Source: Octopus bimaculoides (taxonomy: Eukaryota). From it: a stretch of 64,000 nt of DNA. Numbering within the stretch: position 1 is the first letter of the stretch; each line of letters starts with the position of its first letter. Below, in pieces: positions 13,186 to 25,593 of the stretch. The notes under the pieces were generated by a model. The model was given only the letters and a program-made list of their open reading frames with translations. It was not told where the DNA came from and made no database searches. The position numbers were made by a program, and so were the translations under genes. The DNA is taken from positions 12,471,524 to 12,535,523 of the forward strand of contig NC_069003.1 in assembly GCF_001194135.2 (NCBI RefSeq), given 5' to 3'.

Positions 13186-13349
13186 CAGCAAATTAAAGTG
13201 GTTGGCATTAGGAAGGGCATCCAGCTGTAGAAACTCTGCCAAATTAGATTGGAGCCTGGTGTTGCCATCCGGTTTCACCAGTCCTCAGTCAAATCGTCCA
13301 ACCCATGCTAGCATGGAAAGCGGACGTTAAACGATGATGATGATGATAA
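13186..13349 (+). mobile_element. RTE-type LINE 3' tail or RTE-partnered SINE tail
   Basis: ggttggcattaggaagggcatccagctgtagaaa..cccatgctagcatggaaagcggacgttaaac(gat)n; related tails at about 15030, 15840, 32430, 35600 and 36800. Confidence 0.7.
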
Positions 13350-14734
13350 CAGTATTTCACTGATATTTGCTGTTGCTGGAAACCAAATTAAGTTAAACGT
13401 ATCTATATGCACACGCGCATGCACACACACACAAACAAACACATGCACACACACACACAAACACACTGGTATATCGCTACACGAAACGGCTCTCTCTTTG
13501 AGTGAGGTGCAGTATACAATTTATGCTGACACCAATAATGATAATTAAATGTACTAAATACGACTCTCTGGCCTCACCCATTATTTTCCTCTCCACTCAT
13601 ATCTATCATAACCTCACCCACTGTTGGCTATTTCAACTAGATACTTGCACATAGTCTTAAATGTTTGCTATTTTGCCAGTAATTTTTTCCTTTGAAAAAA
13701 AAAACGAAAAAAAACAGTAAAACAATTCTTCTTTCAGAAACCTGCGAAATTATATTTAAAAAAAAAAAAAAAAATGAATTTTTACTCTGTTCCTGTTTGC
13801 CGTTAACTTTCAGATTAGTCTTCTAATTTTTACGTCTGTAGCGCTGCCTTTTTTTCTCTTTCTTTTGCTGTAATCAAATCTTTATTGTAATAATACTGAA
13901 AATATTGATGACTTTTTGGATTAAAGCTGAGTGGCCGCTTAATACCTTTGTGACTGAATCTGAATAGATTCATGAACATGAGTCATGCTCTTAAGCTTGT
14001 ATCATCATACACTGTTGAACTAAACCTTAATCCAGAAAAATCTTATATCTAGTGTTTCCCTAATATATTTTGATTATTTTATATATTTTTTCCCCCTCTG
14101 AATACATGATGTTTTCTTAATTTACATCATGGTTTCGATATATTTTTCTGTTCATTATAATCCAATGATTTCTTGTGTTCACATTTTGATGATGACGATG
14201 ACCTCATAAATGTGGTCGTCAGAAGACTTGTTTTGTCTTTTTTAAGCAGACCTGGACAATTTAGGTATTTAATAATTTTAATAACAGTCATAATGAATAA
14301 AGAAATTAATGTCATTGTTTAATGATTTGCTTTAACTAAAAGAATTGCATAAATTAATTTGAAACAATCTGGTTCATTGCAGTAAAATGGTTATATACAA
14401 GTATGTAGTTAGATTCTTATAGATTGATTTAAATATGTATTTATCATTATTTGTGTGTGTGTGTTTTCAGCCATATATTGAAAAACTGCTTCTTGTCTGA
14501 TCACCAATGTTAAGCACCATTTTGCCTATTTAGTGCTTAACTGGGTAACTATTTGGGAAAACATAAGTGAGGGTACTGTGAGGAAATCCTTTGGTTTTTA
14601 ATATCGATACTCTGGCATGGCTGCAGTCTATGGCGCAAACACATATACATACCTTTGCGTGTGTGTATATATATATATATGTAATGTATGTATGTATGTA
14701 TGTATGTATGTATGTGTGTGTGTGTATGTTTCGG

Positions 14735-15110
14735 CACAAGTATAGCAGTGTAATGAAGGAGTCTGCTTCCCAACCATATGGTTTCAGGTTCAGTCCTGTT
14801 CCATGGCACCTTGCTGAGGTGTCTTCTATAGGTCCTGGATGACCAAAGCCTTGTGAGTGGATTTGGGAGATGGAAACTGAAAGGTGTCCGTTGTATATGT
14901 CTACTCTGACTCCTTGCAGTAGTCCTAAGTATGTGCCAGCATCATACAAGCAGTGTTGTTCCTTTTCAGTCTACCTTAGGAACATGTCCAGCCTTGAGGA
15001 AAAATTTCCTTACTTGGAAATGAGTGAGGGTTGGCAACAGGATGGGCATCTGGCTTAAAGGATTGACCACAGTGAATTCTGCACAAGCATGGAAATATGG
15101 ATGTTAAAAC
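14735..15110 (+). mobile_element. tRNA-derived SINE with RTE-like tail
   Basis: B-box ggttcagtcc, central gtgtcttctatag..caaagccttgtgagtggatttgg..aaactgaaag, and a tail ending gatgttaaaac. Confidence 0.75.
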
Positions 15111-15549
15111 CATATATAAGTATGCATGTATATGTGCATACATATATCTGTGTGTGTGTATATATAGACACACACACACACACTGATACAGCTCCTGTGA
15201 ACTGTCCTACTCATGCATGGATGTTAAACAATGATGATCACACACGCATTAATTTTGTTAGGTCCTCTATGTTTTTATATTGCTGGTGATAGTGTGTGTG
15301 TATGTATTGATTAAACAAAGCATCACTGTTCATATAGACGGTGGTGTTTGTGTGCTGTCCTCCATAAGACCATATCTGTGCTGTTCATTTCCAGTGAACT
15401 GAAGGAATTGTCTTGGAGACAGATGACCGTCAGCAACAGAAAGAGTATCTGGCTGTGGAAAAAGTCTGCCTTATAGGCATGTAAATGTAGACCGCAACAC
15501 AATGATGATGTAGCTGTATACACACATGCAGACACTTATTGACTGTACA

Positions 15550-15940
15550 TGCACAGGCATGGCTGTGGTTAAATTTGTCTCAGCCGCATGGTTTCAGGTT
15601 CAGTCTCTTTGTGGGGTACTTTGAGCAAATGTCTTCTATAGCCCTGGGCCAACCAAACCTTGTAAGTGAATTTGGTAAGCAGAAAATGGGAGAAGCCCAT
15701 AGCACATGTATTTGTGTGTGTATGTGTGTCACTCTCCTTGTCACCTAATAATTGCAAGCAAGTGTCACTTTCAGCAATGTTCATTTCCAGTCTTCTATGA
15801 AAAACTTGTCTAGTCATGAGGGAATGTTACCTTTGAAACAGTTGAGGGTTGGTCGCAAGAAGGGCATCTAGCTGTAGAGAATCTGCTTCAGTGAATTCCG
15901 TATGACCCATGTGAACATGGCAAAAAAGGGCATTAAAATG
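15550..15940 (+). mobile_element. tRNA-derived SINE with RTE-like tail
   Basis: Same head, core and tail order as the 14735 copy. Confidence 0.75.
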
Positions 15941-16574
15941 ATAGTATACACATGTATGTGTTTGTATGTATATATATTTATGCACATACGCACGTACGTA
16001 CATACATACATACATAAATATTGAACACTAAGAATGTATGCTCAATACTGCATTGGTAGTTAAAGATTCTTTGTGTATTAAGGCTACCATTGGTTTCATG
16101 TTTGGAAATACTTAACAATTATTTAGCCTTTCACATGGAACATCAGTGTTCATCTCCATTTTGGATTACATATATGTATGTTTACATGTGTGTATGTATA
16201 TATATTGTCTTCTCTCAGTGGGTGTTGACCATTCATCTGATCTGTGTGCAGAAATGGCAAAGCCTAGTACTTGCCTGTGCAAAAAAAAAAAAAAAAAAAC
16301 TCCCTACCATTAGTGCCACCTATTTTGCAGAAGAGAAAGTTGTATTGGAGCAACACAGTTTGATCCTAGTATCATTGTTAGTATTGTTGATGGAACAAGT
16401 AAAAGGTGCAACTCTTCAATGATTCAGTTAATTTGCTGCTCTGGGTTTGTAGCTGTTATTAGTGACTGAAAATGTGAAAAAAGAAGTGAACATTGCTGGG
16501 ACTTTGAACTCGGAATGTAGTGAGTTGGAGCAAATACAAGGTATTTTATCCACTGTGTAATGACCACATGCATG

Positions 16575-16613
<39 letters not shown>

Positions 16614-16615
<2 letters not shown>

Positions 16616-16812
16616 GGCACAGGCGTGTGGTAAGAAGTTTGCTTCCCAACCACATGGTTCTGGGTTCAGTCCCAACTGTATGGCATGTTGGGCAAGTGTC
16701 TTGTACTATAATCTTGGGCTGACCAAAGCATTGTGTTTGTCCCCTGCCACTTCTTGCCAACCGGTGTTGATGTGTTTACGTCCTTGTAACTTAGTGGTTT
16801 GGCAAAAGAGAT
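16614..16812 (+). mobile_element. tRNA-derived SINE, internally deleted
   Basis: aggcacaggcgtgtggtaagaagtttgcttcccaaccacatggttctgggttcagtccc..ttgggcaagtgtctt. Confidence 0.75.
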
Positions 16813-17303
16813 CTATCTGTCTGTGTCTAATGTGAAGCTATGACAACGGCTGTGCTGATGATGCCTTTTGAGACAGGAACGTCTACAACGCTATTTTATC
16901 TCCAGATGGAAAAATAATCCTAAATTCTGAAGAACTGTTGCCTCCTTGTAATTATCTCCCCATTTCTATTTGAAGTCAGTCCTAATCGCTGCAAGGTGTT
17001 GCTTTGCCTTACCTTGAAGTGAAGATATTTACAATATATCAAGAATTAATCTTGTGTAAGACTTGGTACACCTGTATTCATCTTAATGATTGTGTGTATG
17101 TGTATACGTTTAATTATATAGCTTCAGATATTAGGTTGTTCTGAGTTCAGTGTTGAAAGTGAGTTTAGTTGACTGTAAATTTGATAATTAATTTAATTAA
17201 ATATTTACCATAAAACCAACTGTCAGTTCTTTCTGAAGTCTTAAATAACTGGTGAAAAAAATGTTGTTGTTGTTTTACTGTAGTGTTGCTGTTTTCTTTA
17301 TAG

Positions 17304-17464
17304 AAAAGGCCAAGGAAAGTACTGGTGGTGTTGCTTATGAAGTTATTTTGAAGCCTGCATCAAATTATACCCCTCATAAGCCTGGTTCTCCTCCCAAGGA
17401 GACTCGGTCTCTCACCCAGGAGGCTATTGCTGATAAGTTAAAGAAAGCTCAGGAGAGAAGAGAG
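17304..17464 (+). CDS. STMN: Stathmin exon: N-terminal cap, proline-rich region and start of the helix
   Basis: tttatag|..|gtaatg. KAKESTGGVAYEVILKPAS..PGSPPK..LTQEAIADKLKKAQERRE aligns by eye with vertebrate stathmin [39 protein letters not shown]. Confidence 0.95.
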
Positions 17465-17661
17465 GTAATGTATCAATCTGTCTATCTCTATCTCTGTACT
17501 TCTCTTCCTCCATCCCCCTCTCTCTGTATCATACTTGTATGTTTTTGCCAAATTGGTTTCAGATTTATGCATACATGTATTTAGGGTAGACATAGTCTAA
17601 TACTGTTTTAATGAAAATGGCTCAATTTGTGTTTTTCATGAGGTGCTTGTAGCAATAGTTA

Positions 17662-17852
17662 ATCTAGCATGGGTCCCCAAACTTTTTAGACCACCAACTT
17701 CTTCATGGAATCCTTGCCCCCCCCCCTCATCAACCCCCAGGCATGTACAAAAAAATAATAATTAAGTAGATGTGCATTTATTGACCCTTTGAATAGTCTC
17801 CATCTACCCTCAGGGGTCAGTATCGATGACTTAGCAGATCCCTGATCTAGCA
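17662..17852. mobile_element. hAT (Charlie-like) MITE with 8-bp TSD
   Basis: atctagca is duplicated at 17662-17669 and 17845-17852; ends are (ca)tgggtccccaaact and gcagatccctg. Confidence 0.6.
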
Positions 17853-19997
17853 GGTCATGTAAGACCTGCAAATGTTAAGTTCCTCTTATGCAAATTAATT
17901 TTCAGAATTTTATGTCCAGGTGTCCTGCGGAAAGAGAACTGTTTGGACTTTCTGTTAATGACAACTTGGAGTGTTCATATTATCATCTGACATACTTGGA
18001 TGTTTGCATCTTTCATTCTTCATTCTTTAAAGAACCAGTTTTGTATTTCCTTATATCTGTTGAAAAATAACGCTTTGCTTCAATTGACTTTGGAAATAAT
18101 GAAACTTTGAAAATAACTTTGTTATTATTAAGCACTGGGTTTAATGTAGTAGACTAACCCCCCCCCCCCAAAAAAAATTCTGGCCTTGTGCCTATACTAG
18201 AAAGAATTATCAAGCTGATGTTTAGAACATGAATTTAACAGATGTTTGATGGAAGAAGACATTGGCTTGAAACAAGTTTGTGTCACAGAACCAAGGCTGG
18301 ACTCCAGTGGATTGCTATCAAAAGCATTAATTAAATTTGTTCATTAGATTACGTATTATCTGCTGTCTCTTCTTGGAATTTCCTCTCAAACTTTGTTGCA
18401 TTTCATTGGGCGTTACTCCTTGGATTCACCAGATACTTATTGTTACACACTACCCTACTTTGTCCTGGAGGTGGTTTAAGAAACACATAATTGAGCTATT
18501 TTTAGTAAAATCGTTTTTCATTTGATGTCCACTTGTGTGTATGTGTGTATATATATAACTTTTGTCTTTCATATTTTTGTTCTGATGAAGGACTATCATC
18601 TGAAGCGTCAGAACTCCTTTTTAAGTCTTAAGTTAATACAACTTATACATTTTTGTCCTTCCTCTGTTGTCTTTCATTTTTTCTTCATTACTTCTGTATT
18701 ATATAGTGTGTGTGTGTGGGTGGTATGCACACACCATTAATAAACTGAATTCAACCAGGATACTGCTTCTATACCTAAATATCAGTAGCTTTTTTTTATT
18801 GCTAGAACCATTTAGCTTTACATAATAGTTTCATTGAGCTTTTTGGTTCTTAATTATAACTATTTTAATTACATACAATTAGCCATTTGATTACAATGTT
18901 TCGTTAAGATAGCTTTAATAATTAGTGCAAAAGTTGGCTGATGGGTTAGTAAGCTATGTAATGATATTAATGATCTATCATTTAGGAAATGGTTCTGTGT
19001 CTGGAGCTATTTTGTTGACAGTAAAATATAATATATTGTAGATATTAAATCATGTAGTTTGGTCTCCTAGTTTTTTTGTTTTTTTTTTCCTCCTCTTTTT
19101 GTGGTGCTGGGGTGGATGGACTTTCATTTACAGCTGCCATCTTGTTCGTTGGTTTTGTACATTGGCACAACTTTCTGAATCTTGAGACTCACCTCCACTG
19201 CAGTGGGATTGTTTGCTTATCTATGGATTATCTTACCACATTGGAACTATCAGAAAAACAAAAATAATGGATTACATTTGTCTGTATTCTTTCTGGATTA
19301 ATACTATTGCTGCTAAAATCCCTTTGCATCTGGATATTCTATCAAATTACCGTTATTGGAATATTTACTTCATGGATTTGTCTGAGCATTTTCAATTGGT
19401 GCTTGCCTTCAAATGTGAATCATATTGGACAACATTGGTTTAGCTTCTTACGGATTTTCCTACACACATACATACACACACACGTGCATGCATTGGAGAT
19501 GTACTTCCCAGGCAAATGATTTCGTCTGACTATTGAAACTAAAACCACCAGCCTGGAAGATGCATATAAGCCCTTTTAAAAACAGAAAAATGGTCAATTC
19601 GCTTAAACATTTGGTGTCAGAACTTTTGTCCCACTGACTGCAACCTGGTCACTGACATGGCTCAGCTTGCCTTCTCCTTGTGGGATATTAATGGTGAAAA
19701 ATCCCATTTATTAAAAAAAAAGTGTATAAATAGGAAGTTTATATCAAACTGCTGTCATATCAATTTTTATCGACTATCTATTTAAGGTTATAAAACAATG
19801 GGAATATGTAAAGACTGATGTGTAATCCCAGAACATCCTTTATTTCCTGCCACAGTTTGTTTTCCCTCTTTCTCTTCCTCCTCCTTCTACTTTGGTCTTG
19901 TAAACTATTTATGTTGGTCATAAAGCTCAACTGATTGACTTTCTTCCTAATGTATTCTTACTCTGGTGAGACCATAACTTGACAATCTAATTAATAC

Positions 19998-20350
19998 TGG
20001 CACTGTGAATGAGCCTTTAGCATTCAGATTACTGTCGAATGTAATGCTTATTTATTCACATTGTTTGCAGTTCATCATGCATTATCTCATAGCTTTGAGA
20101 TTTAAATGATGATTGCTTTTTATTAGAATAACATTGTAGGATAGGTATGAGAGGTCAGATCTGGTTGGTTTTGAACATAAAAAGGTAGAGTATTTGGGCC
20201 AGATATAGCCAATACACTCTTTGTTTCAATTAATTTTAAAAAGAATTTAGTAAAATATCTTTGTCATTATTAAACTGATGTCTGGAAAATAAATTGTGAA
20301 AATTTGAAAGGTTTTAGTTTAGATCATAGTTTGTCTCATAGAACCAAAGG
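19998..20350. mobile_element. piggyBac-like non-autonomous element fragments
   Basis: cctttagcattcagatta matches the TIR of the 32620 element; the tail is shared with segments at about 8540, 18210, 20780, 23610 and 34830. Confidence 0.5.
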
Positions 20351-21508
20351 TGATTTCAGGCAGCTTAGTCTCGAAAGGCCTCTTGTTGGAAGAAATGGAA
20401 ATATCAGGAGTCTTCAGGTACGACCACAAATATCCATTTCAAACTGGAATGTAACTTGAAATGCAACCAAAAACTAAAGCATATCCAGTCATTTGAAGCT
20501 TTGCCAATTTTATTTACATCATATTTTGAAGAGGGTGAGATTTATCTGGAGATTGATAAGTACTCTTGGATTAAATGAATTTGGAAGAGTAAAAATTTGG
20601 TGCAGTTGGTGTAGATCTTCAGAAATTTTAAGTGTCTAATTGAGGAAAGAATTGCAACTATTATGTGGCAAATCTGACAAATATGGCTGCCATCATATCT
20701 TCTTGTTCCAAGCCAAGCGAATTCAACATAGTAATAAATGAAATAAGTTTCAAAATAATGAAGAATCTATCAAATAAAGTCATAATTAAGCTGATGTTTG
20801 GAATTTAAATTAATGGGAAATTTTGATGGAGAGTTTTAATTTTAGATCTTAGAACCAAAGATCAGTCTCTGGTGGGTTAGAATGTAAATGTTGGTCGATG
20901 CTTCTGTGAATTGACTTCTTTTTTTCTAAGTCACAAGTTTTAAGGTACATAGTTGTAGTGTTATAACTGAGTATATCTATGTCAATATTAGTGAATGCAG
21001 TGTAACAGTAATATCTATGTATGTAGTAGTGAAGATAGTGAGTATATATATATATATATATATCTGAGTGAATACAGTAATTGGGTATATCTGAGTGAAT
21101 GTTTCCCAGTGCATTGTGTAATCATTTCTGATAAATACACCCTTCTGAAGAGATGAGTTTCTGCTTTATTCCACTGAAGCTCACCATTTCCAGTTCAATT
21201 CATGCCAGCATAGAACTGATTCTGTCAATTCTTATGGATATTTTAATATATATTATAGTCTGTCAGAAATGATGCCAAACAAAATTTCCAATGATCAGTA
21301 TTTCATATTTATATAATCTGGAGAATGGCAAAGTTTTTAAGTTGTATTTCTAAATACCGAGTTGATATGTGTGCAAAAACATAAAAACATGTAAAACATA
21401 CTCACGTACATGTGTACAGTGGTTTAATGTCTTACACATACACGTATTCTTTCATTCTTCTGCAGTTGACTCTTCTGTACTTCATGAGGTTTTCTTTCAA
21501 TTTTCTAG

Positions 21509-21700
21509 TCTCTAGAAACCCAGAGATTGGAACAACTGCAGAAAGAAAGAGAACGAGCACAGCAAGTTCTTCAGAAAGCTCAAGAAGAAAACAACACCTT
21601 TTCCAAATCTACAAAAGAAAAACTTCGCAGGAGTTTGGAATTAAATAAGGAAAACAGAGAAGCTCAGATTAAGGCATTACAAGATCGTCTTCGGGAACAT
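21509..21700 (+). CDS. STMN: Stathmin core helical exon (64 aa)
   Basis: ttttctag|..|gtaagt, phase 0-0. SLETQRLEQL..VLQKAQEENNTFSKSTKEKL..NKENREAQ..DRLREH matches the stathmin signature VLQKAIEENNNFSK..NKENREAQ..RLREK. Confidence 0.97.
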
Positions 21701-22554
21701 GTAAGTCTAGTGTTTTTTTAAAAATTATTTTTTTTGCGTTGGGACATTTTGTAAATTTGTTAAACCCAGTCCTTGTAATGACTTACAAAACCAAAAATGA
21801 ATAAAAGCAAGAATTTAGAGTTCTCTCCCTTACATTAAGGAGAATGTCTCAATTCTGTTGAAATGAATGTAAACAAGGTTAGTACAACTCTTGTTATATC
21901 ATACATCTCTGGACTGGTTGACCAGTGCAGTTTCATTTGGTACTGTGTCTTACGGGAAATTAAGATTCAACTCGATAACTTCTTTGAAGTGATTGGGGGG
22001 GGGAGTAATTCTGTAATCCTTTGCCCCCCCCCTTGAATTCTTAACCTGATGGCAAGTATTTAACGCTTGTTTAGAGGTGGAAGATTCACTAGGAAACAGT
22101 TTTTTCTCACCCCCTGTTAAAAGTGGTAGGTTGTGATTCTTGTTAGCAACTCTTTTTTAAAATTTTTTTTTTTTTACTGTATTTCCTATTACAACCCGTC
22201 TACTCATTTTCTTATTTTTTTCCCACCATTTGCCATTATATATAGCATTGCTTTATCATGATTATACCAAAAATTGAAATAATAAACTTGGTACTTAGGT
22301 ACTTTTGATTCTTTTTTTTTTTTAAGTGTTCCTCTCAAGTAGCTGTTGCTAAGAAGAACCACTTAACTCTTGTAAGAAACTATGTTGTGAACCATTCTTG
22401 TTGATGTAATAATTCCACTAATGTTTATTCTTTGGTACCACTTTTGGGGGCTGAAATATCTGAATGAACTAAAAATAACCAAGTGATGTTACTTTGTTTT
22501 GAAATGAAGTTTCTGGAAGATTGCTACAGTGCCATTTGTTGGTTCATATTGTAA

Positions 22555-22960
22555 TACTGTCGTGATATTGTAGTATAAAGGGGGTTGATACTGCATATTA
22601 GCAATAAAGGGACTCAATATAAGAGCATTGTTCTTTGTATTGTTGGGACATTATAAATAAAGGGGTTCAGTATAAAATGAGTTGATGCTATATACTGTTG
22701 ATATATTGTCGTATAAAGGAGTTTGAAGAAAGGGTTGGTATTGTATACTGTTGGGATGATATTGTAGTATAAAGGGGGTTTGATATTTGAAAAGGTTTTC
22801 TCTTTAATACTGTTGATAGAATGTAAAGAGTTGGTGGTTTATATTATCAATATAGTATTAGGATTTGAGTTAAAAAGGGTTCATATAGTATTAAGGGATT
22901 TGGTATAAAAAAGGTTGGTTTTTAATACTATTGATAAAGTGTAAAGGGTTTTGATGTTGC
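22555..22960. repeat. Degenerate G/T-rich minisatellite-like tract
   Basis: Recurrent tattgtagtataaaggggg(t)ttgat-like units at about 22566, 22705 and 22760, with variants to about 22950. Confidence 0.6.
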
Positions 22961-23112
22961 TATTTCTTATGTTGTGTGTATGTTTGGTTATTTTAACTGA
23001 ACTCTCTGTGGTGGTGGGCAGGAAAATAAACCATGTGTCTCTTTAAAGTGTTGAAACAAGCCTCCTTGTCTGGAGAATGGCGTAGAATACATGTGACTAC
23101 TTTTATGTTTAG

Positions 23113-23253
23113 CGTAAGAAGGTATCTGACGCATGTAAGAATAGTGAAATGGTGTCCAAAGACCTGGAGGAAAAGATAAATCAAAAATTTGAGAAATATG
23201 ATCAGAACAGGAGAGTCCAGATGCAATTGTTGCTCGATCGCCTCAGGGAGCAC
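23113..23253 (+). CDS. STMN: Stathmin extra tubulin-binding repeat exon (47 aa), missed by the ORF track
   Basis: ttttatgtttag|..|gtgagt, phase 0-0. RKKVSDACKNSEMVSKDLEEKINQKFEKYDQNRRVQMQLLLDRLREH; the NR..DRLREH ending is shared with the flanking exons. Confidence 0.88.
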
Positions 23254-25557
23254 GTGAGTGTCACTAGGCCAACCAGCTGTCTTTATTTTATTTTGTTTTA
23301 GTTTAATTGCTTTTTACCCCGATCACTTTTTTGTAGTTTTATTTTTTTATTTTATTTTAAAATTAAAAAAAAAAAAAATTTCTGTTGGTGCAAATCATTG
23401 AGTAATACTGGAATAAAATAAACTTGGAAATTATAATGACCTATCAACTGTGGACCCTTAAAAGTCTGGTGCTAAGGGAGCAGTATCTGCTGTAGGGGCT
23501 ATTTCCTCAAATGAAACTAGAATGAGTTTCAGTAAAACACTGGAAAAACAGCCAGAAGTTATTCTTTAAATTCTGACATGGCAACAGACACACTGACTTT
23601 TTTATTATCATATTTCTGTTGAAATACACTGACTTGGTTTCAATTAATTTTGAAACTAATGAATTTAGTAAAATAACTCATTATTAATGTGTTGTTTGAA
23701 ACAGATCAAAATGAAATTTTGATGGAAGAAGGTTTCAATTTAGATAACTTTAAAACATGAAGTTAGGACCATAGTTTCAGGAGATGGCTTTATGCTGCTT
23801 GAAACAAACATGTAATATAGCTAAATATCTCAATTGACCTGAAATTTTAGTTGGTGTAGAATGTGGGTAAAGTTGCTAATATATTTTTAAAAAGTGCTTT
23901 TGATTTGAGCACTGAAGAACAAGCATCTTACATAATGTTATGTCTTTAAAGTTCTCTGTTTTAACTGGAGATGTTTAAACTTAATGCTGTTAGACTTTAT
24001 TAGCTTCACAGGGAAACTTGAGGTAGTTTTCTATAACTACTTCTGGAATTGCCTCTGCCTTTCATTTGGAGAAGAATTTATCTTCTGAGATGAAACAAGA
24101 GACTTAAATTGATCTTATGGAAAGCCTGAAATACATAGTGTGCTTGCAGGTATGCAGTCACACAAAACTTTATCTATTTAAATATATATTACAATGTGTG
24201 TGTGTGAATCACTATACACACACCCACGTCTGACCAGTTTAAAATATTTAAAACTTTGTTTCCTTTCTTAGTTAGAATTGAGCATATTGTTCAGAATGAC
24301 TTTCAGTTTAACTGAGCTGCCTTCCGAGGGAAAGATTCTTTACCTGGCTTTACTGTAAACAAATTGGATTTGGCAGTTTATGAGCATGTAAATTTGTTTA
24401 AGATGCCTGGTACAAAGTCTGGAACAAGTTTCTCTCAGTGTGTTAAACATAGATCTGGAGAGTCCGTTACAACCATGAAGCTTCTCCATGCAGCTCCTAC
24501 TTACTATAAACAATGTTAAGTATATAACAGTGAAATCTAGGGCAAAATGAATGCTTAATTGGGTTCTCTCTTAATGTCATGTTTAATAACAGTTTCTTGG
24601 TCATTGTAAACTGAGAATCTGGGTTAATTAAAATAAACTGGTCATTATACAAGGCCTATCTACCAATTTAGTGCAAACAAAAAATGGTATTTTCCAGTAT
24701 TTACTTTTGAAAATATTTTTGCTTCAAATTTCTTTTTATTTGATTTTTGTACTTTTTTGTGCACATGCATGTTCCATTGCCAAAGTTTATTTGATGCTGC
24801 TGTTGCTGAAAAGTCTCATAACGACATTTACTGTGCTCCGATATTCTAATAACAAATCTCAGTAATTATCATGACTATTGTCAACCAATTCATGGATCTA
24901 AAGAATGCCATCCCCTCTTCAAACATTCTATCAATGTTACAGAAGCAGCAGCAGCATGGTTTTACCGAAATAAACTTCTGGTTCTTCCCCCTCCCCTCTC
25001 CTTAAAAGTTCATGTTCATTCTTTAGCAATTCTGATTGGTTTGTAATTCCTCAGATCCTCTGTTCGTTTTCCCACCTCCACTGTTTTCTGCTAGTCTTGC
25101 ATCACCAAAGTACTTTCTTTAATTACCATCATTGAAAAACTTTTTATTTCCCACTCCCCTCACAGCACCAAGTTTCTCTGGCTTTTTTGTTTTGACCAAA
25201 CAAATCTCTGCTAGTCTTAGGAATGTCTTTTTTTTTTTCTTTTTTTTTGTATAATTCTTCAGTTAATCATCTTAATTTTATTTTTTTAAATTTAATTGGC
25301 TTCAGTTTTTTTTTTTTCCTTCCCTTCCTCAGACTGTTCAGTAATTATCTGATAGACAGATTTAAGGGTTTATCTGAGATAACCCTTATAATCTGAATTT
25401 CTATGCCTTCAGGTTTTGAATACCTATTAGACTGATTGGTCTGTTAATATTTTATTCCACAGCACCCTTGTATTATTATTATTATTATTTTCGTTGTTGT
25501 TGTCATTAGATATGTTGTTCAATGCTACACATTGAGCAACTAGTTGCTTCTTCTTAG

Positions 25558-25593
25558 ATATCGCTTGTCATTTCGCAGCTGCGGAGTGCATAA
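25558..25593 (+). CDS. STMN: Candidate alternative terminal or stop exon ISLVISQLRSA* (or LRSA* from a second acceptor at 25579)
   Basis: Two in-frame phase-0 acceptors (gcttcttcttag| at 25557 and tttcgcag| at 25578), TAA at 25591-25593, in a CpG-enriched patch of an otherwise AT-rich intron. Confidence 0.35.
   Translation: MSLVISQLRSA

Noticed and set aside
23086-23112. Exon extension by A-to-I editing of the in-frame TAG
   Set aside because: The added peptide NTCDYFYV is not stathmin-like, and the TAG is the acceptor itself.
22993-23253. 86-aa minus-strand ORF in the track
   Set aside because: It is the antisense shadow of the real + strand stathmin exon 23113-23253.
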